From Eledone cirrhosa (lineage: Eukaryota), in the NCBI GenBank assembly GCA_964016885.1, contig OZ024741.1, positions 365,614,001-365,678,000 of the forward strand: a DNA stretch of 64,000 nucleotides, given 5' to 3'. Position numbers and translations under genes: made by a program. Numbering within the stretch: position 1 is the first letter of the stretch; each line of letters begins with the position of its first letter. The notes under the pieces are model-generated. The model ran no database searches, had not been told where the DNA came from, and saw only the letters and a list, made by a program, of their open reading frames with translations. Positions 1-12,400 of the stretch are shown here, in pieces.

Positions 1-651
1 TCTAGTAGAATATAAATTACAGTACATATGTTTTCAGTTATACATGATATTAGTTGTCAAATAACTTTGCTGCTTTGTAATATATACTTTAACTACAAGT
101 TCGGATTTTTTAAAATCTGTTACGAGTACTTTACAATTATTTGTAATATTTCGTATCTACTTTATTTTTTCGGATTCATTTTCCATTCCATGATTACCAA
201 CTTTTGTTTGTGTTGTTTTTAACACTGATTTACCTAAACCTCCAACCACTGATGATTTTCCTTTCCAAAATCTATTACTTTTTGACGCTGAATATTTTTA
301 GCACAATTTTACTCAGTTCTTAGTTTAAAAAAAGTAGATTCTCCATATGCAGACAAGATGTCTGCATCTTACATAAAGTGTTGTCGCTTTTTTATGACAA
401 CGGATTATTTACAAGTTAGTGAGTCTCACTCATCTTCGGAGTTCTTTGATTATAATTTTATATTTTTTCGTGTACATCTTTTTATGTTACGTTGTATTTT
501 TACAAAATGTTTGTACTTATTTCTTGCAGAAGAACATTGTAATACTAAAAATAGAATCTACATGAAAACCAACTGCATTATTCGACTCAATGAAATAACA
601 AAATTTAGATGATACCAAGCAAGCAACAGCACTACTAACACTGTAAATACA

Positions 652-656
652 GTATA

Positions 657-695
<39 letters not shown>

Positions 696-730
696 ATATA
701 TATATATGTATATATGTATATATATATGTA

Positions 731-773
<43 letters not shown>

Positions 774-776
774 GTA

Positions 777-836
<60 letters not shown>

Positions 837-902
837 CATATATGTATATATGTATATATGTGTATATGTATATATGTATATATGTGTACATATATATATA
901 TA
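652..902. repeat. (TA)n/(TATG)n microsatellite
   Basis: Directly visible. It explains the YI/IY ORFs here. Similar tracts recur throughout, e.g. 20010-20100, 21540-21650, 36760-36845, 48350-48680. Confidence 0.97.
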
Positions 903-1199
903 AAGAAAAAACAAAGCAATAGTATTTTTTCTATTAGTTTCTCTCATGTGAATGTGCTCTACTTTTGCGTTTCATATAAAAAAAACATAGCTGCCAAATA
1001 TTCTAACATCAAATAAATTACTCTTAAAAGAGAGATAATAGTAGAACGTGGGTTTCGAAAGCAATTATATATCCAAATTGAATAAGGCACCACTTAAACA
1101 TATGCTGAAGTTCTATCTAATTTCGATGTTAAATATATGGAATTAGAAGATGGACGTGTGCCAAATAAGAATGTGTAAGTTGTTTACTGCTGGAGAGAA

Positions 1200-2560
1200 A
1201 GACATCTGAATAAAATGGCTCGGAACTCATCTAGCATCCAGTTAAATAGTGCAAATGTTGTTACCAACGCAGGCACAGCAAACAGATTGTGGGCTACTGA
1301 TTTATTGTGCGCAGAGAATTGAGAAGACCATATTTTTCATATTCAGGTGTTACATTCCCTGGTTACTTGTTCCTTGATATAAAATCCCATCATAGGATAT
1401 ATTTTCGTCTATCCCTATGTATTAAGTATACGTAGCAATCCTCGTTAGATACCGGTGAAACCATTGATAGACATATTGCCAAATGTGTTTGTATTTTTTC
1501 TTGCTTTACATTTATCAACATTTATCCTGGTAAAACTCCATTTCTATACGATTCGAGAACGTCGTTACCAGGTCAAGCTTTTACTTCATAACAATTATAC
1601 CATTGACATAAAGTTTCAAGTCATCCAAAACGAAGCTATTTGTTAGGTTTATGTTTCTGGCCTCATGTGAACTAATTAGTATTTTTCATAAGGGTTTATT
1701 GACATTATAAATAGCCTCACAGAGGATGTCTCTTTGAAATATACCCCTGCGATACTCTATTTTTTTTTTTAGACAAGATAGTCCTCCTTCTTAGATTTAA
1801 CTTCAGGATAGTAGCACAGGAAGAAGATAAGTTCTGTATGCCTCTGGTTTTGATATCTCGAACATTAGCGAGTGGAAGGTCATCTAACATCCAAGAGTGA
1901 GGATCAGTATTGAAGGTTTTCCTGTAGCCTAGTCAGACTATAATCAAGTTTCTCCTATTTAACCGCACGTCTGAGATCGAGGTTTTGTTAATTAGGAGTT
2001 GCTAAGCCCACACCCAAACTTCTTTTTCCCCCAGCTGCCTACTTTTCTATGATGATATTGTTATTGTCACAACGATCATGGAGAAATAGGTTCAGACATT
2101 CTGTAACATGTTATAAATTAGGGTCTGGAATGCAATACGCCGGTGATTTTTTTGCCAAGTCGATTTCATTGTTTTGGGTGATCAATATTGTTTCTGCTAA
2201 TGTCAACCAGTTTGGCATTTGTATATCTCATGAGAGCTTTCTGCTAGAGGTTTATAAGTAAGTCAGTTTTGCCGACGACCAAGTCTCGTCACGCTACTTT
2301 CGTATCTTAAAGATTTTTCTATCTAAGTCTCGGTTTAACTACTTTTACATACCCCATATATTTCTCCACAATGATTCTATCTCCTTCTGGATCGGAGCTT
2401 GGTGACATTTACTTATCTGCTTCTCATACCTTAAAACCTGATGTTTGGTTTCGGTTGAATCCTTTATTAATAATTTCTCCTTGAGCCACTTTCTTCTGAT
2501 ATTGGGGTTTCTCTAAACATCAATTCTATTATTTCACCCTCTTTGTTGGTGAGGAATGTA
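1200..2560 (-). pseudogene. Highly decayed R4/Dong-type non-LTR retrotransposon RT fragment (not in ORF track)
   Basis: Manual minus-strand translation gives, in order: LGYRKTFNTDPHSW (cf. WIDYKKAFDMVPHSW), RRGIFQRDIL (cf. RGIFQGDSL), FVLDDLKLY (cf. FMDDLKLF), LDLVTTFS..EMEFYQDKC, YIGIDENISYDG, KIWSSQFSAHNKSVAHNLFAVP. Many stops and frameshifts. Confidence 0.75.
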
Positions 2561-2622
2561 TTTTCTTTTTACATGTGATATGCATTGTCACATGGCCGAT
2601 AGTGTTTCGTCGGTCAGCAAAC

Positions 2623-3290
2623 CTTCTTCTTCTTCTTCTTCTTCACATATTACTGGGAGTGCCACGGGAACAGGGTCTTTCAAATATCAAACACCTCTTT
2701 CAGCGGCTCCTTCTAGAGACAACCGTCTCCAATTAATCCGACCACCTGCCGATTGGTTTAGCTCGTAAAATGTGTCCATTGATTTGAGTCATTCTAACCA
2801 CATGCGCGAAGTATCGGAGCTGTGAACTATCAATTCGTAGAAATAGCGGCTTTACCAGGAATAACTCACTGATCTCCGAGTACGCACTCTATACAGTAAC
2901 GTTACTCTAAAGTCTCTCGGTAGAAAGCCCATTTCGGCCGATTGTATTCGCGATCGCATTTTTGGGGTTATTACACAAGATGTATGAATATAAGAAAGGG
3001 TTGGTATGAATACTGAATTGAAGATGGCGAGTTTGACTTTTAGGCCAACCTCTCTTCACATGATTACTGATTAGTTAAGCGCCAGCTCCTGCAATTCTTG
3101 CATTTAATTCGGCCTCTTGCCTTCCGTCATTCGTGAACACAGCTCCTAGATTCTTAAACTTCTCTACCTGCTTCAGTGGAACTTCATTTACATGTAGAGT
3201 ACACTGCGCAGGCATCCTTGAGAGGATGAATGTCTCAGTTTTTGCAGCACTTATTTTCATTCCAGCCATGCACCACTCGGAATCAAAACT
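2623..3290 (-). mobile_element. 5'-truncated RTE-clade LINE remnant (RT C-terminus, (GAA)n tail)
   Basis: ORF 3075-3269 GMKISAAKTE...LKQVEKFKNLGAVFTNDGRQEAELNARI matches the RTE RT thumb region. A (CTT)n tract at 2623-2644 is the 3' tail. Confidence 0.75.
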
Positions 3291-3512
3291 ATCTACTTTT
3301 GAAATATTTGATGGTATTTCTGTGTTGTTTTGTTTCTGCTAACTTCTTTATTATCACCAAGGTAACGATTTACTGTCGTTGCTGGGGCATATAGAGAGAC
3401 GTTAATTTGGAGGGGCTTTAATTTGATGTAAATATTCAATGTCAATATTGTCGATAACACGCAGGATGCTTTTATTTGTTTTCTTGTTTAATATTATTAT
3501 TGTTTTATAACA

Positions 3513-3705
3513 GGGCGGTGGATTGGCAGTATCGGTAGAGAGTCGGATGCTATGCTATGCAGCATAGAGTTACGCACCTTTACATTCTGAATTCAAATCC
3601 TACCAAAGTTAACTTTGCCTTTCATTCTTACGGGGTCGATAAAATATAGTACCAGTAATGCACTGGATATTTTGCTGGCCTTGTGTCAAAAGTAGAAACA
3701 GTTAT
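3513..3705 (+). mobile_element. tRNA-derived SINE with Nin/Deu-like central domain
   Basis: A-box-like TGGCAGTATCGG, B-box-like GAATTCAAATCC, then CTTTGCCTTTCATTCTTACGGGGTCGATAAAATATAGTACCAG. Related copies at 4520-4610 and 45048-45237; degenerate ones near 20240-20480 and 55650-55710. Confidence 0.8.
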
Positions 3706-4519
3706 TGTTTCGAGTGAAAGTTTAATACATGAATTAATCTCTGTTTAGAAAGTTTCACTAATGATATATTTTAACTGCTTATACTTTTCAGTTTCCCAGC
3801 AAATGATCATTAATAGTGTTTTGAGATTGATAGTTTTACGTGACTTCGAGGAATAGCAGTCGATGTACGGTCAGTTGCGACACGTGGTGTTAAATTTTTC
3901 ACCAGCATGTTTGTTGTTGATAGGTGGACTGGTTAGAAGAAAGCTTAGTAAAATGGCAGCTTGTTGTGACACGTGTTGATTGAATGTGTGATCTAGAAGG
4001 CTTAGTGCTGATATATTGAAAGAAGTTTTACAATTTCATTATTGTTTACAATAACGTTTATGTTATTTTTATCTTTCACGAACGTTGTTTGTTGGCGTAA
4101 TTGCTTGGCTGTGAAATAATTTACCTCAGGGTCAGATTTATCGGCGGCGGGTGGGGGCGAATGCTCTGTGCCCCCAACAGCAAACAGAGGTCCCCATCAT
4201 GCAAGGGCATCCCTCTTCAAACAGAGCCCCTTCTTCGAGTAGGGCCCCTAATTCAAACAGAGCTTCTGCTACCTTTTAAGAATGGAGCTCTCATCATAAA
4301 TAATACATTTTATCTTTTAAAGAGAATTTTTTAATAGTTTAATTGATGTCGCTTTTGTGAAAATTTATGGAATGTTATTTGCTTTAGATTATTTACACGA
4401 TTTGGGACAGGTGGTGGCAATTGCTGTATATGGTGTTTATGTACACATTTGTCTGAATGTATGTATATGTTTATGCATAGTTTTATCAATGATAGTGACT
4501 GTCGTGTATTATATATAAC

Positions 4520-4610
4520 TTTAACTTTCATCCTTACGGGGTCGATAAAATAAAGTACCAGTAGTGCACAGGGATAATTGCTGGCCTTCTGCCAAAAGTA
4601 GAAACAATTA
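4520..4610 (+). mobile_element. 3' half of the same Nin/Deu-like SINE
   Basis: CTTTCATCCTTACGGGGTCGATAAAATAAAGTACCAG...CCAAAAGTAGAAACAATTA, nearly identical to 45150-45235. Confidence 0.75.
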
Positions 4611-4614
4611 TATA

Positions 4615-4887
4615 TATTTGTGATAAGTAATCATTAGACCCCTTAGGTATCATTCCTAGAGCGCCTACAACCACTGGTATTGTTTTAGTTCTCAATTTCC
4701 ACATTTTTCCAATTTCTATCTCCAGGTCCTTATACTTGCTCAATTTTTCAAATGTTTTTATAGATACATTCTTGTCTATTGGAACGGACATAACAATTAG
4801 CAGGCATACCCTCTTTCTAAAGTTCTTCAGTATTATATCAGGGCTATTTACATCTATTTTTCGGTCTGTTTGGATGCTAAAATTCCA

Positions 4888-4889
<2 letters not shown>
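4615..4889 (-). mobile_element. R4/Dong-type family B fragment (restriction-like endonuclease region)
   Basis: ORF 4534-4890 WNFSIQTDRKIDVNSPDII...EKLSKYKDLEIEI...IPVVVGALG. Nearly identical to 6880-7150. Confidence 0.85.
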
Positions 4890-4924
<35 letters not shown>

Positions 4925-4929
4925 GTTAT

Positions 4930-6624
4930 TACTCTTTGAGTCTCAGTAATTGATGTTAGTTAACTGGAAAGTTTGTTGAAATGAATATCAAGCCCCTACC
5001 TGCAGCCTCAGATATTCAGGACGTATCGGAGGGTTCTTGCTGTTCCCAGCAAGCATGCCTTTTGAAGCGTTCCAAAAAGCGTGAAAGGGCCAATTTTCTT
5101 TAACCATCCCTGGAAACTTTTTGAGATAGTCCCTAGTGCGCCTATGACAATCGGGATCACTTTGACTTCATGGCAGTTCCAAAACCTTTTTACCTCCCAC
5201 TTTAAGTCCTAGTATCGGTTAATTTTTCTCCCTCTCCTTCTCTTGCACTCTCGTGTCGAATGGGCAGGCCACATCCACAATCAGGCACGATCTTTTTTCT
5301 TTGTCCAAAACCACCAGGTCAGGTCTATTGTGTTCCAGTCTCTTGTCCGTCTGTATCCTAAAATCCCACAGCACCTTCACCTGATCGTTTTCTATCACCG
5401 CCTCTGGCTTATGCTCATACCACTTCTCAGAATGTGGTAAATTGTTCACTTTGCACAGGTGCCAGTGGATCACCCTGACCATCACATCATGTCTCCAGCT
5501 CTTATAGTGAGTCTGGGCTAGGTGTTTACACTCGGATACAATGTGAGCCACAGTCTCCTCTCTCTCTCCACAGATCATGCACAGTGGGCTAGCCTCCTCC
5601 TTCTAATTGTTGTGTTTCAACCACTTCGTTTTGAGGGCCTGCTCCTGCGCAGCCATTAACATTCCTTCTGTAGCCTTTTTAAGGTCTCCTCTTTTCAACC
5701 AGTTCCATGTCTGTGGATCTCTAAATTCAGTTTTCTCAAAGAAGGTACTATGAAGGGATTTTTCCCGAAGGCTGCTCTTTCTCCTTGATGTTATTTCCTC
5801 CTTGGACATCCCCTGGCCTATTGTCCCCTCCTTCAGTACAGTTCTGAGCATTGGCTCCTTACTATCAGTCACGTATTTGTGTAGGTTGTTTTTCTCCATC
5901 TGAACACAGTCCTCTATGCTGATAAGACCTCTTCCACCTTCAGATCTCCTTAAGTAGAGTCTATCGACATCACTCCTCTTGTAGAACATATTGTAGATAG
6001 TGAATAGCTTCCTAGTCTTCCTATCCATTTCTTTTTGTTCAGCAACATTCCATCTCAGAATTCCCGCACTTTACCTAATAATAGACACAGCTCGGGAATT
6101 TACTGCACTTATGGCATTCCTACTGTTCAGATGTGACTTTAATACGCTCCTTACTCTCCGAAGGTATTCAGTTCTTATCAATTCCTTCATTATTTTGTTC
6201 TTGATGTCATCAGCCTCCAGAACGCCTAAATACTTGTATCCTTCCTCATAGTCAATTTCCTTTATCATCTCACCTGTTGGTATCTGGATTCCGTTACTTC
6301 TGCTCAACTTACCCCTCCTCATCACAATGACTCCACACTTACTAATACCAAATTGCATACATATATCATTGCTGAAAATACGGACAGTGTCAACAAGCAC
6401 ATCCAACTCCTTCTCACTCTTCCCGAAGAGCTTAAGATCGTCCATGAAGAGGAGGTGATTGATGGTAAGCCCTCCCTTTCCCAACCTGTATCCTGCTCTC
6501 ACTTTTAGCAGTACACTGGTCAGGGGCATCAGGGCAAGGACAAACATCAGAGGGGACAGACTATCTCCCTGGAAGATACCTCTCTTGATCTTCACGCTTC
6601 CCAAGGATTCTCCAGTTGATGTTA
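4930..6624 (-). mobile_element. R4/Dong-type family A, 5'-truncated copy 1 (RT C-half, CCHC, RLE), disrupted
   Basis: ORFs 6071-6604, 5603-6028 and 5219-5578 contain GIFQGDSLSP, FMDD, RHD and NRPD. Bounded by (ATT)n at 4889-4923 and 6625-6648. Confidence 0.93.
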
Positions 6625-6648
6625 ATTATTATTATTATTATTATTATT

Positions 6649-7297
6649 ACAGTTGCATTTATCTTGCTTTATGTTCATACGAGTTATCACCAAGTCACAA
6701 CCAGTGACCTCAAGAGACAACAAGGTCCGCCATGTTCAAGAAAGAACATACATACTCACACATGCATCTTTAGTGTTTAGACTTGTGATGTACTTATATT
6801 GACAGAATCTTCCTTAGTATATGGGCAGTTCCCATTAGTACTATCTTTTGTATTTCTCCTGTAAGCGGGTTTCCTGGGATTTGCGATAAGTAATCATTAG
6901 ACTCCTTAGGTATCATTCTTAGAGCGCCTACAACCACTGGTATTGTTTTAGTTCTCAATTTCCACATTTTTCCAATTTCTATCTCCAGGTCCTTATACTT
7001 GCTCAATTTTTCAAATGTTTTTATAGATACATTCTTGTCTATTGGAACAGACATATCAATTAGCAGGCATACCCTCTTTTTAAAGGCCTTCAATATTATA
7101 TCAGGTCTATTTGCATCTATTTTTCGGTCTGTTTGGATGCTAAAGTTCCACAAGATTGAGATGTGATCTTTTTCAAGTATGGAGGTGGTTGATGCTCCCA
7201 CCAATTCTTTTGATGGGGCAGGTCAAAATGCTTACACATTATCCAATGTATGTATTGTGCAGCTCTGTCATGCCTGTTTAGGTATTCGGTTGGAGTT
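6649..7297 (-). mobile_element. R4/Dong-type family B, 5'-truncated copy with 3' UTR
   Basis: ORF 6794-7204 NRPD...DMSVP...EKLSKYKDL...IQKIVLMGTAHILRKILSI. (ATT)n tracts on both sides. Confidence 0.88.
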
Positions 7298-7330
7298 ATA
7301 TTATTATTATTATTATTATTATTGTTATTA

Positions 7331-9382
7331 CTCTTTGAGTCTCAGTCATTGATGTTAGTTAACTGGAAAGTTTGTTGAGATGAATATCAAGCCACTACCT
7401 GCAGCCTCAGATATTCAGGACGTATCGGAGGGTTCTTGCTGTTCCCAGCAAGCAAGCCTTTTGAAGCGTTTCAAAAAGCGTGAAGGGGCCAATTTTCTTT
7501 AACCATCCCTGGAAACTTTTTGAGATAGTCCCTAGTGCGCCTATGACAATCGGGATCACTTTGACTTCATGGCAGTTCCAAATCCTTTTTACCTCCCACT
7601 TTAAGTCCTGGTATCGGTTAATTTTCTCCCTCTCCTTCTCTTGCACTCTCGTGTCGAACGGGCAGGCCACATCCACAATCAGGCACGATCTTTTTTCTTT
7701 GTCCAAAACCACCAGGTCAGGTCTATTGTGTTCCAGTTTCTTGTCCGTCTGTATCCTAAAATCCCACAGCACCTTCACCTGATCGTTTTCTATCACCGCC
7801 TCTGGCTTATGCTCATACCACTTCTCAGAATGTGGTAAATTGTTTACTTTGCATAGGTGCCAGTGGATCACCCTGCCCATCACATCATGTCTCCAGCCCT
7901 TATAGTGAGTCTGGGCTATGTGTTTACACTCGGATACAATGTGAGCCACAGTCTCCTCTCTCTCTCCACAGATCCTGCACAGTGGGCTAGCCTCCTCCTT
8001 GTAAATGTGGTGTTTCAACCACTTCGATTTGAGGGCCTGCTCCTGCGCAGCCATTAACATTCCTTCTGTAGCCTTTTTAAGGTCTCCTCTTTTCAACCAG
8101 TTCCATGTCTGTGGATCTCTAAATTCAGTTTTCTCAAAGAAGGTACTATGGAGGGATTTTTCCTGAAGGCTGCTCTTTCTCCTTGATGTTATTTCCTCCT
8201 TGGACATCCCCTGGCCTATTGTCCCCTCCTTCAGTACAGCTCTGAGCATTGGCTCCTTACTATCAGTCACGTATTTGTGTAGGTTGTTTTTCTCCATCTG
8301 AACACAGTCCTCTATGCTGATAAGACCTCTTCCACCCTCAGATCTCCTTAAGTAGAGTCTATCGACATCACTCCTCTTGTGGAACATATTGTAGATAGTG
8401 AATAGCTTCCTAGTCTTCCTATCCATTTCTTTTTGTTCAGCAACATTCCATCTCAGAATTCCCGCACTGTACCTAATAATAGACACAGCTCGGGAATTTA
8501 CTGCACTTATGGTATTCCTACTGTTCAGATGTGACTTTAATACGCTCCTTACTCTCCGAAGGTATTCAGTTCTTATCAATTCCTTCATTTTTTTGTTCTT
8601 GATGTCATCAGCCTCCAGAACGCCCAAATACTTGTATCCTTCTTCAGAGTCAATTTCTTTTATCATCTCACCTGTTGGTATCTGGATTCCGTTACTTCTG
8701 CTCAACTTACCCCTCCTCATCACAATGACTCCACACTTACTAATACCAAATTGCATACATATATCATTGCTGAAAATACGGACAGTGTCAACAAGCACAT
8801 CCAAATCCTTCTCACTCTTCCCGAAGAGCTTAAGATCGTCCATGAAGAGGAGGTGATTGATGGTAAGCCCTCCCTTTCCCAACCTGTATCCTGCTCTCAC
8901 TTTTCGCAGTACACTGGTCAGGGGCATCAGGGCAAGGACAAACAACAGAGGGGACAGACTATCTCCCTGGAAGATACCTCTCTTGATCTTCACGCTTCCC
9001 AAGGATTCTCCAGTTGATGTTAACTGTGTTTCCCAGGACTTCATACTTTTGCCCAACAACTGCCTGATGTTATCTGCCACCTTGAAGATCTCCAGGCTTT
9101 TGGTGATCCAAGAATGAGGCACCATGTCAAATGCCTTTTTGTAGTCTATCCATCCCATGGCAAGACCAGTGTGTCTCCTCTTGCAATTCCTCATTACCAT
9201 CTTATCAATAAGTAACTGGTCCTTTGTACCACATGACTTCTTTCGGCATGCTTTCTGTTCGTCCAGTAACAAGTTGTTTGTGTGGAGGTGATGGTAGATT
9301 TCCTCAGACAATGCTTGTCAACAGTTTTCACATTACGGACAGACATGTGATAGGTCTATATTTGGTAACATCATTACCCTTG
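7331..9382 (-). mobile_element. R4/Dong-type family A, 5'-truncated copy 2
   Basis: Contains the uninterrupted 634-aa ORF 7407-9311. Flanked by (ATT)n at 7298-7330 and 9382-9418. Confidence 0.95.
7407..9311 (-). CDS. RT + CCHC zinc knuckle + PD-(D/E)xK restriction-like endonuclease (N-truncated)
   Basis: WIDYKKAFDMVPH, GIFQGDSLSP, FMDDLKL, YKYLG, CRICGEREETVAHIVSEC, RHD, NRPDL..IVDVACPFD..EKINRY. Confidence 0.9.
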   Translation of the reverse strand: MSEEIYHHLHTNNLLLDEQKACRKKSCGTKDQLLIDKMVMRNCKRRHTGLAMGWIDYKKAFDMVPHSWITKSLEIFKVADNIRQLLGKSMKSWETQLTSTGESLGSVKIKRGIFQGDSLSPLLFVLALMPLTSVLRKVRAGYRLGKGGLTINHLLFMDDLKLFGKSEKDLDVLVDTVRIFSNDICMQFGISKCGVIVMRRGKLSRSNGIQIPTGEMIKEIDSEEGYKYLGVLEADDIKNKKMKELIRTEYLRRVRSVLKSHLNSRNTISAVNSRAVSIIRYSAGILRWNVAEQKEMDRKTRKLFTIYNMFHKRSDVDRLYLRRSEGGRGLISIEDCVQMEKNNLHKYVTDSKEPMLRAVLKEGTIGQGMSKEEITSRRKSSLQEKSLHSTFFEKTEFRDPQTWNWLKRGDLKKATEGMLMAAQEQALKSKWLKHHIYKEEASPLCRICGEREETVAHIVSECKHIAQTHYKGWRHDVMGRVIHWHLCKVNNLPHSEKWYEHKPEAVIENDQVKVLWDFRIQTDKKLEHNRPDLVVLDKEKRSCLIVDVACPFDTRVQEKEREKINRYQDLKWEVKRIWNCHEVKVIPIVIGALGTISKSFQGWLKKIGPFTLFETLQKACLLGTARTLRYVLNI

Positions 9383-9418
<36 letters not shown>

Positions 9419-9419
<1 letters not shown>

Positions 9420-12400
9420 CTTGAATCTCAGTCATTGATGTTGGTTAACTGGAAAGTCCGTTGGAATGAATATCAAGCCACTACCTGCAGCGTCAGATAT
9501 TCAGGACGTATCGGAGGGTTCTTGCTGTTCCCAGCAAGCATGCCTTTTGAAGCGTTCCAAAAAGCGTGAAGGAGCCGATTTTCTTTAACCATCCCTGGAA
9601 ACTTTTGGAGCTAGTCCCCAGTGCGCCTATGACAATCGGGATCACTTTGACTTCATGGCAGTTCCAAATCCTTTTTACCTCCCACTTTAAGTCCTGGTAT
9701 CGGTTAATTTTCTCCCTCTCCTTCTCTTGCACTCTCGTGTCGAATGGGCAGGCCACATCCACAATCAGACACGATCTTTTTTCTTTGTCCACAACCACCA
9801 GGTCAGGTCTATTGTGTTCCAGTTTCTTGTCCGTTTGTATCCTAAAATCCCACAGCACCTTCACTTGATCGTTCTCCATCACCGCCTCTGGCTTATGCTC
9901 ATACCATTTCTCAGAATGTGGTAAACTGTTTACTTTGCACAGGTGCCAGTGGATCACCCTGCCCATCACATCATGTCTCCAGCCCTTATAGTGGGTCTGG
10001 GCTAGGTGTTTACATTCGGATACAATGTGAGCCACAGTCTCCTCTCTCTCTCCACAGATCCTGCACAGTGGGCTAGCCTCCTCCTTGTAAATATGGTGTT
10101 TCAACCACTTCGTTTTGAGGGCCTGCTCCTGCGCAGCCATTAACATTCCTTCTGTAGCCTTTTTGAGGTCTCCTCTTCTCAACCAGTTCCATGTCTGTGG
10201 ATCTCTAAATTCAGTTTTCTCAAAGAAGGTACTATGGAGGGATTTTCCCTGAAGGCTGCTCTTTCTCCTTGATGTTATTTCCTCCTTGGACATCCCCTGG
10301 CCTATTGTCCCCTCCTTCAGTACAGTTCTGAGAATTGGCTCCTTACTATCAGTCACGTATTTGTGTAGGTTGTTTTTCTCCATCTGAACACAGTCCTCTA
10401 TGCTGATAAGACCTCTTCCACCCTCAGATCTCCTTAGGTAGAGTCTATCGACATCACTCCTCTTGTGGAACATGTTGTAGATAGTCTATAGCTTCCTAGT
10501 TTTCCTATCCATTTCTTTTTGTTCAGCAACATTCCATCTCAGAATTCCCGCACTGTACCTAATAATAGACACAGCTCGGGAATTTACTGCGCCTATGGCA
10601 TTTCTGCTGTTCAGATGTGACTTCAATACGCTCCTTACTCTCCGAATGTATTCAGTTCTTAACAATTCCTTCATTTTTTTGTTCTTTATGCCATCAGCCT
10701 CCAGAACGCCCAAATACTTGTATCCTTCTTCAGAGTCAATTTCCTTTATCATCTCACCTGTTGGTATCTGGATTCCGTTACTTCTGCTCAACCTACCCCT
10801 CCTCATCACAATGACTCTACACTTACTAATACCAAACTGCATACATATATCACTGCTGAAAATACGGACAGTGTCAACAAGCACATCCAACTCCTTCTCA
10901 CTCTTCCCGAAAAGCTTAAGATCGTCCATGAAGAGGAGGTGATTGATGGTAAGCCCTCCCTTTCCCAACTTTTATCCTGCTCTTACTTTTCGCAGCATAA
11001 TGGTCAGGGGCATCAGGGCAAGGACAAACAGCAGAGGGGACAGGCTATCTCCCTGGAAGATTCCTCTCTTGATCTTCACGCTTCCCAAGGATTCTCCAGT
11101 TGATGTCAACTATGTCTCCCAGGACCCCATACTCCTGCCCAGCAACTGTCTGATGTTATCTGCCACCTTGAAGATCTCCAGGCTTTTGGTGATCCAAGAA
11201 TGAGGCACCATGTCAAATGCCTTTCTGTAGTCTATCCATCCCATTGCAAGATCAGTGTGTCTCCTCCTGCAGTTCCCCATTACCATCTTATCAATAAGTA
11301 ACTGGTCCTTTGTACCACGTGACTTCTTTCGGCATCCTTTCTGTTCGTCCGGTAACAAGTTGTTTGTGTGGAGGTGATGGTAGATTTCCTCAGACTCAAT
11401 GCTCGTCAACAGTTTCCACATTACGGACAGACATGTGATAGGTCTATAGTTGGTAACATCATTACCCTTGATTCGGTCTTTCATTATCAGAACTGTGGTA
11501 CCTTTTGTCAACCATTCTGGTACCTCACCTGACATCAAGCAGTCATTGAACATGGCTGTCAGTTTCGGGTGGAGGGATGTCAAATTTTTAATCCAATATC
11601 CCTGCGCACCATCTGGGCCTGGTGATTTCCAGTTGGTTAGTTTTTTGGCCTGCCCCTTAAGAGTCTCAACTGTGATACTCAAATCAGTTTGTTGGTGTGC
11701 CTGCTCACCGATCTCCCTCTGTACTGTCTCAATCCACCCTGCCTGGTCATTATGTCTAACATCCTGCTCCCATATTCCTCTCCAGAATGTTTTAGTTTGT
11801 TCCGCCTCAGGGATCAAGTCGTTGCCTCTTTCTTTCCCCTCAAGCTGTCCAAACAGCATCTTCTGGTTGTTGTCAAACATGCGGTTCTGTTTATACTGAC
11901 TAACTCTGTTCTCGTATCGCCTGATTTTTGCACTCTTTGCTACAATGCGTTGCTTCAGTTCCTCTATGATGATATTTAGCTTTTTCCTCCTAGTTTTGTA
12001 CTTTATTTCCAGTCTATTTTAGTGCCTATGTTTTTTAGTGTCCCATTCAGTAGTGATTCAAGCTTTCCAATGTCATTTCTCATTTCCCTGATTTGACCAC
12101 TCAGTCGTTTCTTCCACCAAGGCTCTGCTCTTTCTTGTCTGTTGTTTCCTCTCGCTTTTATACCAAGTAGTTTCCTCACCGTATTTGCTGTTGCTTTGAG
12201 GATATTGTTGCACTGGTGAAGGCTCCTCGCCTCAAGGTATCGGATGACTTTGTTTACCCTAGCTATTGTTTCTTTTAACTTTTTCCTGTCTACAAATCTT
12301 AGGTTCATAGGTTTCCCACTATCATTGTTCAATTCATCTACCACTAGATTTAGGATGTCAACCGAATCTTGTCCTAGCCCGTCAGCATTCATCTCCTCAG

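Noticed and set aside
517-1016. Ile/Tyr/Cys/Val-rich ORFs here and at 26261-27208, 32286-33055, 39270-40183, 46360-47051 and 48292-48748
   Set aside because: Translations of TA/CA microsatellites that lack stop codons by composition.
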